DNA of 64,000 nucleotides. Source: Macrostomum hystrix (Eukaryota; Animalia; Platyhelminthes). Below are positions 37,301 to 46,952 of this stretch, one piece after another. Location: contig CATNEN010000003.1 in assembly GCA_950097015.1 (NCBI GenBank), positions 13,826,001 to 13,890,000 of the forward strand. Reading direction: 5' to 3'. Made by a program: the position numbers and the translations under genes. Under the pieces are notes generated by a model. It did not search any database. It saw nothing but the letters and a program-made list of their open reading frames with translations, and had not been told where the DNA came from. Numbering within the stretch: position 1 is the stretch's first letter; each line of letters begins with the position of its first letter.

Positions 37301-40300
37301 GGAATCGCTGGCGTCGCCGTCATCACCGCCATCGGCGTCATTGGTGTCAGATGCAGCTTTTGTACTCGAGCGGGCCGGCTGAGAGACTTCGCGGGCATTC
37401 TGGGAAAGCAGCTCTGACCCCTGAATAAGCAGCGAGTTGCACTGCTGCATACTGCTGACCAGCAGCACGTTACAATGCTGCTCGTCCTCCAGTTGGCGTA
37501 AAAGCGTCCGCTCCATACGATTCGCGACACGAAGCTGCTCCGTTAATAGTCGGACGCTTTCTCGCTGATTCGTTTCTTCAACTGTGCTGTGCTGTAACTG
37601 GCACCCTAAAAAAGTATGCGGTGGTTCAAACAAAAAGGCACTATACCCGACCTGAAAGTGCAGAAGTAACGACCAACAATTGATGGCACTCACGCAGGGT
37701 GTCTTTAAGCGACGACTGTCGCTCGTTCTCTATAGCAAACGTCCGGCAGGATGCACAGGCACGTGGAAGTTCCGATGGCTGAGCGTGTACGTTTCCTAGG
37801 ACCGCTGTGCCGGTCGCGATGCTTCTGGAAGCGAACGGCCCACGTACTAGTGTCCCGAGCCATTTTTTCGCGGCCGTCCTGTGCGCCTTAGCGACGACAA
37901 TTAAGACTTCGCTGCCGACATCGACGTTACTCGGGCACTCGCGTTTGCGTCCAACAATGTCATCGCGCGTGCTGACAACTTCTGTTTTTTCAAAATAGTT
38001 GGAGTACTTAAAAATAAAGAATTGCGGTACCGCTTCACGTTCGTAGGGCACCATGTGTTGCTGTATGAAAACGTCGTCCCGTTGGGTGCCCTCTGCGTCA
38101 GCAGACGAAGAAGGGCCCGAAGTCTGTGCAGCAGACATGGTGTCAGTATCTTCGATGGCTGACAATAGCGGATCCTGCAGTCGACGTGATTTCTCGGCAG
38201 TACGACCGAGAAATTGACTCAATGACTCATCGTCATCAGTCACAGCTTTGCGCTTCTTTCCACCGGACTTACTCGACGGCGCCTTTGTTGGAGCTGATTT
38301 GGAGGTCGGCTTCGACTTCGACTTTGAAGTGGACGTGGAATTTGATTTCGACTTGCCGACTACGGCAGTAGTCTTCTTTGCTGTGCCCATTAGGATTAGA
38401 GCAGCTGAAAAAGGTGAGTTTTTGTGTCAATACTGTGTTCTGTGTTCACATGGGTGAAATGTAATTGTACTCGTACGTTACTTTAACTAGGCCTGGACTC
38501 AAGAGTAACAATTAAGGCTGTCGGTTTCCTCCTCAATCAAAAAGTCCGTACAAATTGTGCCGGCAACAAGGCCTTGTGTATTTATCAGCATATGCTGGTA
38601 TACATACAAACGTGCATGTCTAACGTCCATCATCTCAATGTCATCATCATCTCAATGTCATCATCATCTCAATGTCGTCATCATCTCAATGTCATCATCA
38701 TCTCAATGTCATCAATCCATCAATTGAGGCAGTCTCCAGTCCATCAATCGCAGTAGTCACTCGTATTCAGTGCGGGGTCTCGGTGACAGACCCTGAAGCG
38801 GCCTTCGACGCCACTTCCTCACTTTCAATTGATCCAACGGTACGGGAGGTGGTGATGGCAGCATTTCAATCGCGAAGAAGTTTGGCGCTTGCACGATCCG
38901 CCTGTGTCGGTGGCGGCCGTGCAGCGCTAAGCGGCGTGCTCGGCTAGTCGGCGACAGCTCCGCGTACCATGAGGCGCAGTCCGGGCAAGTTTGCGCAGGT
39001 AGTAGGCGTCGCTCGTCCCAACGCCTCGACTCAAATGACGGTGGAGCAGCCGGTGGTAGCCGGTTGTAGTCCTCCCACGTATACTTGGACTCAGCAGTGG
39101 CTCGCGCGCGGGTCGACGTTGGTGGCGGGCCGGGAGAGTGACCACCGATTGTGGTGTCGCTGCCGTCATCGGAGTCGACGTTGGCACGGGCATCCCCGTC
39201 AGCGATCATTCGGTCGAAAAGTTTTGGCCAGTCAATTATGGGGCGATCCGACATGATTTAAATCCAATGGGGTCAGTCTGAAAAGGGTTTTGACACCTAT
39301 AAGAATATTCTTATTCTTATGCATATGAACACAACAAAAAATGAAGTGAATATAGTATACAGAAGTAACACGTAAATAAGCTACATATGACTCATAAAGC
39401 ATCTCATCCAGATGCTTCTGGAAACCGGACTCAATTTTTTGGTTTAATTGCATCTACTATTACGTGCATATATATACATTTTTACAAAATCGCTAACAAT
39501 TAGAACGACTACTACAGTTTGTTAAAAAATAAAATAGAAATTTGATTATTTTTTTGCCAATCGTAAAGTAAGGAAAAAACGAAAGGAAAATACGTTTTAT
39601 GCTGGCAATCAGTTATCCTAGCCTGTCAATCAGTTATCCCAGCCTGTCAATCAGTTATCCCATTGCCACGGACGCCTACGAATAGCCCAACTGCGGATGG
39701 GCCCGCAGAGCTACTTTTGTGTCGGTGACGACACAGACGCCACGAAACTGTGGCAGCCCCACATGAATCGGGTCGCCGAGGTAGCTTAAGTCGCCGAAGG
39801 GATCGCATGCGAATACTCGGAAGTGCGCGAGTCGACAGCCTCGATTAGGTGACGTTGTGGCAACCTGTGCTAGTTCCTCCAGCGGGTCGAAGGCCGCGAG
39901 AACTGGCAGTACGAGCAGTCCGAGCCTAACCTGCTCACCTTGACATTCGATGGTTTGCACTCGGCAGAATCGGAAATCCGTCGTAGTGTCACCTTCGATG
40001 GCCACGAAGCCTGCCGCATCCTGACATCCGGGAGTGAAAATTCGTATTGTCCAACCGGATTTCAGAGTGGCACTGTGCCATCCGACTTGCCAGCGCTTCG
40101 GTCGACGAAGCACGACATCTGGAAGGGTGAGTACTTCTGTTCGACGGAATAATTCCTCTTCGTCTTGCTGATCCCCGTGCCCCATCAGTCGCGCTCGCGC
40201 TTGGATGGTGCCGATGTGGCGCTCCACCGCGCCAACCAGCTCGACGTCGGTGCGCCGCGTCCCATGCAGGCGTTTTTGCAGGCGCAAGTGCGTGCTTTCG

Positions 40301-43113
40301 AAAATTCCAGCCGATAGGCGGTGCGCAGAGCCGGCCAGATGGACGTATGTCAGCATGTGGCAGCACACCTGATGAGCATTATAGGTTAGTGCTCTTAAGG
40401 AGTACAACCTATACGGTTTGTCGTGGAAGTGGCGCAATGCAATCTCTACGTGCCGCAACTCAGACAGAGGCGCATAATCGGCAGTCATCCAGAACACTGC
40501 AGCGGAAAGAAGTAACAGATGCTGGTAGTGGGCGGGTGGTAGGACGGCTTCCAAAACGAGGGGGCCGTTGGCCATCAGCCACATTTCTAACTCGTGCCCA
40601 CGGAAATTGCGGAGGTCACTCAGTGGACGCACTTCATGGCGTTGGACGTTGATGGGCAGCCGGATGCGGAGCAGCGGCTCATCGACCTGATGTTGAAGCC
40701 GGTGCAGGTCCGGACAATTAGTTTCTCCTCGGTCCGGCTTCTCGGCCCGCACCAGGAATAATTGGTACATTATCATCCGGACCAGACCTAGGTGCAGCTG
40801 GTGGAGATAACACGGCGGATATCCGCGCATGAAGTCAAAGCCTGAGAGGCGTCCTAACGGAGAGTGGCCTCGGACACCCTATGTGTCTGTGTTCTGGTGC
40901 CGAGCACCTGCTAGGTGTTGCTCCGCTAATCTGCGCGTATCTGCCATGCTCCGCAGGACAGTTTGCAGACAACCTAGACGTCGAGCAGCATTCTGCATTG
41001 CTGGCGTTAAGCCGACGTCGAAGACACGCCCAGAGCCTGAAGGATGAAGACGCGTAGCAATGTAGCACTTCTCGCAGCCGTAGATAGCCGTGCATCGTCG
41101 CATGCGGAGCGCATCTACACGAGCCGGTGAGTCGAACATTGCTAGCAACGGATGGAAGCGTACCGTACGCTGAACTCCATCAGCGTCAGTGTACGTTACG
41201 CCCCGGATGCGTAAAGAAATCAGCGCGTCGACGACCACCGGAAGGAAAGCCGCTGAACTCACTTTGGTCTTAGCAGCCCAGAGCCCACAGATTATGACAT
41301 AGCGCAACTTGACATGATCGTGAACCTCGTTGATGCTTAAGTAGACTGGACACACCTCTACCTTGCTGGTTGACCGTGCTGGAAACCCATCAGAGCTCAG
41401 AGTATACGAGAGGTCGCTCTTAGCAACTAGGTTTATCGACTCCCGAAACTGTCTGTACAGGTGACTGTTGTAGAAATGGATGGTGTCTTCGTGCGGATTG
41501 AAGTCGGAAGGAAAAGTCAAATTATGCAGCAGTCCACATGACTCTATGTAAGTTCGGATCTGCTTTCTAATGTTGAAAACCCAGAAGTTTGCGACTCTCA
41601 TTGATCCGCAGTCACTGCGATGTCCACCGTTTTGACTGCAGTCTCCTCGGTAGTTTACGTAGCACTCGTTGCACACAGTGACGCATTTTGCGGAGCCGAT
41701 GTAACTCTGGGCGGACTTTAGCGTCCGCCACATAGTTCTTGCAGTGCGCGGAATTCAACTTCCCGGAACCAGACAATGCACAAGACGTAGAAGTCTGGTT
41801 ATTTTTTTACTTGGGATTCCAAGATCAATGGCGCACAGCTTTGATATGACACACAGCTTCACCAATGGTGCCCGTGATGGGTTCGCCGTTGTGCCACGGT
41901 AGCTGTAGCCAGGGATCAAGAACTGGCTGTTCCTGGCCATCGCTGTCGCTGGAGTCAAGTGACTCAGCGTCACTGCCGTCACTGGAGTCTGTGGGAAACG
42001 CGCGATAGTTTTTCTGTATCAACGGATATCGGGGCCGCATTTTGCAGATCCTCGATGCTACTCACCATGCTCAGAGGGCTCAGAGTCGGGTGTCTCTGTA
42101 CCGTCGCTGCCATTGCGGCCAGCGCTACGGACGCTACGCCTAGCGGGCCAATTCGGGGATGGGACTTTGCTTATACATTTTTGTAAAAGAGGAAATCAAC
42201 GTTGGAATCCCACAGTACCATGCAGCCTTCAGAAATGTGTGCGATGACAGCATTAAAATGACAATATTTTTATTCTCAGTTTACGTGAACTACGCTCGTA
42301 ATGTAACATATGAAGACGCTCATATGATATATATAAAGATGAGCGGAAAAAATACTGCAAGAGAACAAAACAGGAGCACATTACAGGACATACAATTACA
42401 AGAAAATCTTCATGTCAATTGTCAAGTATACACTGTGTCTCCCATACCATTTTCAACCCAATCCTGAATTAAAGGCTTTCATCAGCTCTTTTCTCCGGCT
42501 CTTGTCCGGTCGAAGAACCAGAGAAAGAACCGGGCAAAATTCCAGGCGGAAATGTTATTTCATCCGCTTTTACTCCGGATTTCCCTGCGTTACTAAACTG
42601 GTTCCAAACCTGGCGAAGGACCGGGTAAAAAACCAGATCACTCGTACGGTTTTTCCTCCGGAATTTTGCCTGGTTTAGAAAGGCAGAGAAAAACCGGATA
42701 AATTCGCCTGGTTTATGTTCTTCGCCTGGAAATGGGGCAAAAAACATAGCAAGCCAGAGCAAAACCGGGCGAAAAACCTGATCGGATGGCCACACGGGTT
42801 ACACGCACCACCCCATAGCACAACCCCAAAACACCCACCACCCCATAGCACAACCCCAAAATACCCACTACACACCAATCATTTGCAGCCAAGCGTGATT
42901 CTACCCTGCGTTCAGACTGCCATTCGCGCTTCGGCAGCTCAAGAACTGCTCAATCTGATTGGCCAATGCGACACAAACAATCACAAACCTGTGGCCAACT
43001 TTTTAAAAGTGAGTATTGTCTTTTTTTTCAAGAGAATAGCTATGAATCATTTAATTAATTCCACCTGTCCTTTTTCATTTCAGACCTATTATCACAGCAT
43101 AAAATCAGCATAG
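28325..43113 (+). CDS. XPOT: Exportin-T (tRNA exportin), ~1071 aa
   Basis: Exons 28325-28594, 29170-29408, 29832-30496, 30878-31293, 32071-32289, 32865-32959, 33167-33452, 34015-34353, 34660-35196, 42889-43008, 43084-43113 join in frame (3216 nt). Motifs VKYFCLQVIE, FVRNKVAQL...VDYPQRW, AIDGDVVDREI...IKDRMRE, YASWIDISL, GEEEAMFDEYR, YFETVVRYEKFF, FLDERGL...VRSRVSYL, YLHRMVICL. Confidence 0.93.
28598..29105. repeat. ~22-bp pyrimidine-rich minisatellite (XPOT intron 1)
   Basis: Unit caatcttcactctactctc(tc)n. Confidence 0.9.
29490..29775. repeat. 16-bp minisatellite (XPOT intron 2)
   Basis: Unit ggataaagaccggtta. Confidence 0.85.
31420..31860. repeat. 21-bp G/A-rich minisatellite (XPOT intron 4)
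   Basis: Unit gaatgggaaaat(a/t)ggggaa(ga/at), ~21 copies. Confidence 0.95.
32350..32715. repeat. 30-bp minisatellite (XPOT intron 5)
   Basis: Unit gattttaggattagaaacttcaggggattt, 12 copies; its degenerate tail (32700-32825) recurs inverted at ~44510-44695. Confidence 0.95.
33585..33908. repeat. 27-bp minisatellite (XPOT intron 7)
   Basis: Unit gagctgtagtctttgttggtgatgacg. Confidence 0.93.
35611..36210. repeat. 61-bp subterminal tandem repeat of the CACTA element
   Basis: Unit caaaatcagactaaaacctaacgaaagcgacacgacgacccaaccggacgaatatccggag, ~10 near-identical copies. Confidence 0.95.
36509..38390 (-). CDS. Transposon accessory protein, coiled coil plus C-terminal BEN-like domain, ~597 aa
   Basis: Exons 38390-37694 and 37605-36509 (GT-AG intron 37693-37606, phase 1, in frame). 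K/S-rich basic N-terminus, CxxC (CASC) plus coiled coil, BEN-like segment AFLRAALRAVFTDREFACCTLSG...NPGKLAAVRVWL...AFTQCTATAR. Confidence 0.72.
38628..38712. repeat. 17-bp tandem repeat between the element's genes
   Basis: catcatctcaatgtcat, 5 copies. Confidence 0.9.
38757..39254 (-). CDS. Transposon-borne CtIP/Sae2 C-terminal-domain-like protein, 165 aa
   Basis: Intact ATG-to-stop ORF with RRWDERRLLPAQTCPDCASWYAELSPTSRARRLALHGRHRHRRIVQAPNFFAIEMLP. This aligns by eye with the CtIP/RBBP8 SAE2 region (R..ERR.L....CxxC..YY..L......K.L...SRHR......TPENFW...FP). Confidence 0.75.
   Translation of the reverse strand: MSDRPIIDWPKLFDRMIADGDARANVDSDDGSDTTIGGHSPGPPPTSTRARATAESKYTWEDYNRLPPAAPPSFESRRWDERRLLPAQTCPDCASWYAELSPTSRARRLALHGRHRHRRIVQAPNFFAIEMLPSPPPVPLDQLKVRKWRRRPLQGLSPRPRTEYE
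39676..42040 (-). pseudogene. CACTA/EnSpm transposase disrupted by in-frame stops
   Basis: One reading frame (41982-39676) broken by TGA (41757-41755) and TAG (40881-40879). Transposase_21-type motifs LSSDGFP...CPVYLSINE...IICGLW...FDSPAR...YGCEKC; GVRGHSPL...FDFMRGYPPCYLHQLHLG; RPLSDLRNFRGHELEMWL...GP.VL; LY...TYNAH...H...G....SAGIFES. The N-terminal structure (possible intron or frameshift near 41830-42070) is uncertain. Confidence 0.85.
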
Positions 43114-43879
43114 CAGCAACTTCCCATTTTTGCGCTTACTTATTTGTTTCAAATATTTATCTTTCCTTAATCTTTCTCTCCAGTGTTCCCAAAGTTAGAT
43201 TCTTGTTCACCCAATTTCCAGTCAATTCTGTCACTAATTTAGCTTGATGAAACATATTTTTATTCAGTCAACTTTCCTTATCCAACTACTGGTCCTAAGT
43301 GAGTAGGTGCGAACGCGTTTTATTGTCGAATTTTATTTTTCAATCGGTCTTTGTTTTCCTAGATTATTAATTTCCATTTCAAAATCGCTGCATTTCTCGT
43401 CAATTGTCTTTTTTAATTAATAACAAACAGGCCTTCCAGCCAGCAATGAGAGTCCTGTGTGTTTCTGCACCTTCTGCTATTTTTATCCTAATGTATAACA
43501 TAGCAACAGTAAGTTATTCTCCAATTGGCATTTTAATACTTACATGCTACATGCTTATCATTGTGCTAAGAAATGGTTATCATAAAGTGCTATTAGCTCG
43601 TGTTAGGTTACAACTACATCTATAGTATGTTTGCTTTTAAAAAAATTGAAACCTCACTGCCACCTGTTTAAACTGCAAGTGTTTCGGTTGTCTTCCCGTA
43701 TTCGATGCTTTTGGCATTGATTAAACTTTACCTAATTTTACTGAGTGTAAAGCAGCGTAATAATCCCATACCTCTGTTATTGTCTGTCTCATTATCTTTA
43801 ATCGTGTCTCCCCTTTTCATTTCGTCTCAACAATCAGCACTACTCTCTCCTTACCTATCCCTCGTCTCTCCTCAAATGT

Positions 43880-44236
43880 CCCCTTCCTCTTTTTACCTTT
43901 CCCATCCTCCTCTCCTCTCCTCCCCTCTATTCCAACCCTATTCTCCCCTCCCCTCCTCTCCTTCCCTCTCCTCCCCTCTCTTCTCCCCTCTTCTCCTCTC
44001 CTCCCCTATCCTATCCTCTCCTATCCTCTCCTATCCTCTCCTATCCTCTCCTCTCCTATCCTCTCCTCTCCTATCCTCTCCTATCCTCTCCTATCCTCTC
44101 CTATCCTCTCCTCTCCTATCCTCTCCTCTCCTATCCTCTCCTATCCTCTCCTATCCTCTACTCTCCTCTTCTCTCCTCTCCATTCTTCTCCCCTCCTCTC
44201 CTTCTCTCTCATATCCTCTATTTCCTCTCCTCTCTT
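43880..44236. repeat. Polypyrimidine (cctct/cctat) microsatellite
   Basis: Essentially G-free CT-rich pentamer tract. Confidence 0.9.
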
Positions 44237-45584
44237 AATGCCTCTTGCCGTTTACTTGTTCTGCCGGTTCACTAGCCTCTCAATTTCCTTTGCCCAACAT
44301 TTTCTACTCCTCTGTGTTGATAATAAAATCAATAATTCCCCTGAATTATCCCTAAATCCAACAATAAAATCCTCCTAATCATCCCAAGATACAACCAAAT
44401 ACCATGTATTATCCCATTTTTCCATCAAATCCCATGAATTTTCTGATTCACCAATCAAACCGACTGAATTATCCTATTCAACAATCAGATCCCATCCTTA
44501 AAATCAATCCCATGAATTATTCCATCCTTCAAATCAAATCCCCTAAATTATCTCCATCATACAACCAAATCCCATGAATTACCTGATTTAACAATAAAAA
44601 ATCACATGAATTATCCAATCCTTAAACTCAAATCCCATGAACTCTCCGATGCTTAAACTCAAATTTCCTGAATTATTCAATCCTACAAAGTGTAAAATTT
44701 TAGGTTTTCGCCTTTCTTAAAGACTCAATAACCAATTAGTTGTCATTTTTAACAAAAAATTTACGTCTTTCGTTAACCTTTGCTCCTACACCGGCAATCA
44801 CATATTTCTATTTTCGCCCGCCTAATTCTAGGAAAATGTGATTTTTTACTTTATATCGCCATTCGTGCCAGTTGCTTTATGGCACGAAGTTACATTTCAT
44901 CATAATAAAACTTGTACACTATGATATTTTAGAAAAAACAAAAACTGTTAGTTTTGCTTTGCTCTCGTTAATATCTGCTTGACTTTGATATTTTTTCTTC
45001 TTCTTTTCGATTTGCCTTCTAGCTGTCACGGTGTGTGGGATTGGCATGTTTAGTTTAATTGTTTGTACAACGCCTTCTTGTGTAGTTTCTTGTTTATTTC
45101 GCTATCAAAAATTGATCTATGCAATTGAAAAAATCCTAAGTTAGGGACAGAAAGGTAACGCTAAGCTTTGAAGTTACTAATGCCCAATAATAGGTTCTAA
45201 AGTTGGTTCGCTAGCTGTCTTTGTGTCTATTTATATATTTCCTGTTTGTTGTTTCTCGCAATTTGACAGCTAGTAACCACGGTTGATTGTATTGATACCT
45301 GTTATAGTAAATTAAGTCGCTTTATTTGCAAAAGCTGCTTCAGGTATAAAGTTATTCAAAAAGCATCTGAGCTTGAAATTTGATTTCTGGTTCAGTCGTT
45401 GGTTTATATGCGCTAAATCAGCTGCTTTTTTAATATTGATTTTTTGCCTTTTCAAACACATTTGAGAAGGCTGCCCTATTTTGGACAGGAAAAAAATAAA
45501 ATTGCGAATTGCAAATTCTTCCGTGTTGTATTGCAAATTTTGTGTCTTTCGACTATTTTTTGCTTAAAAATACTTTCTATCAAC

Positions 45585-46070
45585 AAGCCACCAACCCCTT
45601 TATACCTTCTAACCCCCTATGTACACACTTAACGACCAACATGACACCAACCCCTATATTTTCTAACCCAAATGAACACACAAATGAGGCACGAAATCCT
45701 CTACCTTCTAACCCCAATGTAGCGACCAACGAGACACCGAGACAGCCTAGATATCTTCTAACCCTATTTTCTTATGTACTCACTTACCGACCAACGACCA
45801 ACAAGACACCAACCCCTTTATTTTCTAGCCCCCAATGTACACACTTACCATCCAACGACCAACTAGACACCAACCCCTCTATTTTCTAGCCCCCAATGTA
45901 CACACTTACCATCCAACGACCAACTAGACACCAACCCCTCTATTTTCTAGCCTCCGATGTACACACCTACTGACCAATTAGATACGAACACCTCTACCTT
46001 CTAATCCCAAATGTACACAATTAACGACCAACAGGACACCAACCCCACTATTTTTTACCCCAACGTACAC
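45585..46070. repeat. Degenerate ~59-bp tandem repeat
   Basis: Unit ~acaccaacccctctattttctagcccccaatgtacacacttaccatccaacgaccaactag. Confidence 0.8.
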
Positions 46071-46235
46071 GTAGTACCGATCAGTGAAAGACAATCTCTT
46101 CAGGCAGTTGTAACGCACCTCTCTAATCGCCTGCAACAAACAAACAAAAAATATTATTTCGTCTTGAAATTTCCAGCTCTCGTAAAGATTCTAAACGGCT
46201 AGATCAGTTTATTTTTATTGTCACTCCCAGTTGTC

Positions 46236-46952
46236 ATGGAAACAGCATCACCGGAATCTTCAATGCCGGCGCCCAACCGAGAACAGACCGACTGCGTCTC
46301 CAGAATCTTGTTGGCTAGTCGTCTGGCCGGAGGCTGTCGTCACTACGAGGTGCTCGGCGTTGCTATGGACGCCACAGCCCAGGAGGTGAAGCGAGCTTAC
46401 CGCAGATTGGCCCTGCTGTGCCACCCTGATAAGCACCAGGGTTCCGGTAGCGCTGCCGCCTCCGAAGCATTCAAAGCTCTGGTTGGAGCATTCGAAGTAC
46501 TGTCGGATCCAGCGAAGCGTCGCCAGTACGATCGTCAGGAGGCCAAGAGTCGGCGACAGCCCCGTTGCCATAGCAACCAAGCTGGAGCCTGTCACAATAA
46601 TAGCGCCAGTAACAACAATTATAGTGATACTGTTAGACATAATATGCGCTTTTATCCTCACTGTTGGGGTCGCCAGTTTCAACAACAGCAGCAGCAGCAG
46701 CAGCACTGCTACGACTATTCTCACTTTGTTCCAAGTTTTCACGCAGCTAGCGGTGGTGTCTTCTGGCAGTCGGCTTATTATCCATTCAACCATCCCGCTA
46801 GATTTTCGCCTCAGTTTGGCGGCTTTCAAACCTCTCAGCCGCATCAGCAATATCAGCAGCAACAGCAGCAGCATCAGTTTGGCTCGTTTAGCTATGGCCC
46901 GACATTTGTATTTGCCCATCAGGGCAATAACTATCCTTTTCAGTTTGTCTAA
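46236..46952 (+). CDS. J-domain (DnaJ/Hsp40 type C) protein with Q/F-rich low-complexity C-terminus, 238 aa, single coding exon
   Basis: HYEVLGVAMDATAQEVKRAYRRLALLCHPDK...AFKALVGAFEVLSDPAKRRQYD; intact HPD motif; splice acceptor (cccag, 46226-46230) 5 nt before the ATG. Confidence 0.85.
   Translation: METASPESSMPAPNREQTDCVSRILLASRLAGGCRHYEVLGVAMDATAQEVKRAYRRLALLCHPDKHQGSGSAAASEAFKALVGAFEVLSDPAKRRQYDRQEAKSRRQPRCHSNQAGACHNNSASNNNYSDTVRHNMRFYPHCWGRQFQQQQQQQQHCYDYSHFVPSFHAASGGVFWQSAYYPFNHPARFSPQFGGFQTSQPHQQYQQQQQQHQFGSFSYGPTFVFAHQGNNYPFQFV

Larger units (their letters stand above)
35325..42798 (-). mobile_element. CACTA/EnSpm (CMC) DNA transposon, 7474 bp, carrying three genes, in XPOT intron 9
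   Basis: 35-bp TIRs cccgtgtggccatc(t/c)gatcaggtttttcgcccggt (1 mismatch); 2-bp TSD TT (35323-35324, 42799-42800); splits a host cacccaccaccccatagcacaacccca minisatellite; subterminal repeats; GC-richer than host; CACTA-type transposase inside. Confidence 0.92.

Noticed and set aside
40879-41757. Stop-codon readthrough or selenocysteine at the transposase's in-frame TAG/TGA
   Set aside because: Two different stop types, no visible SECIS or readthrough signal, and host genes use the standard code; nonsense decay is simpler.
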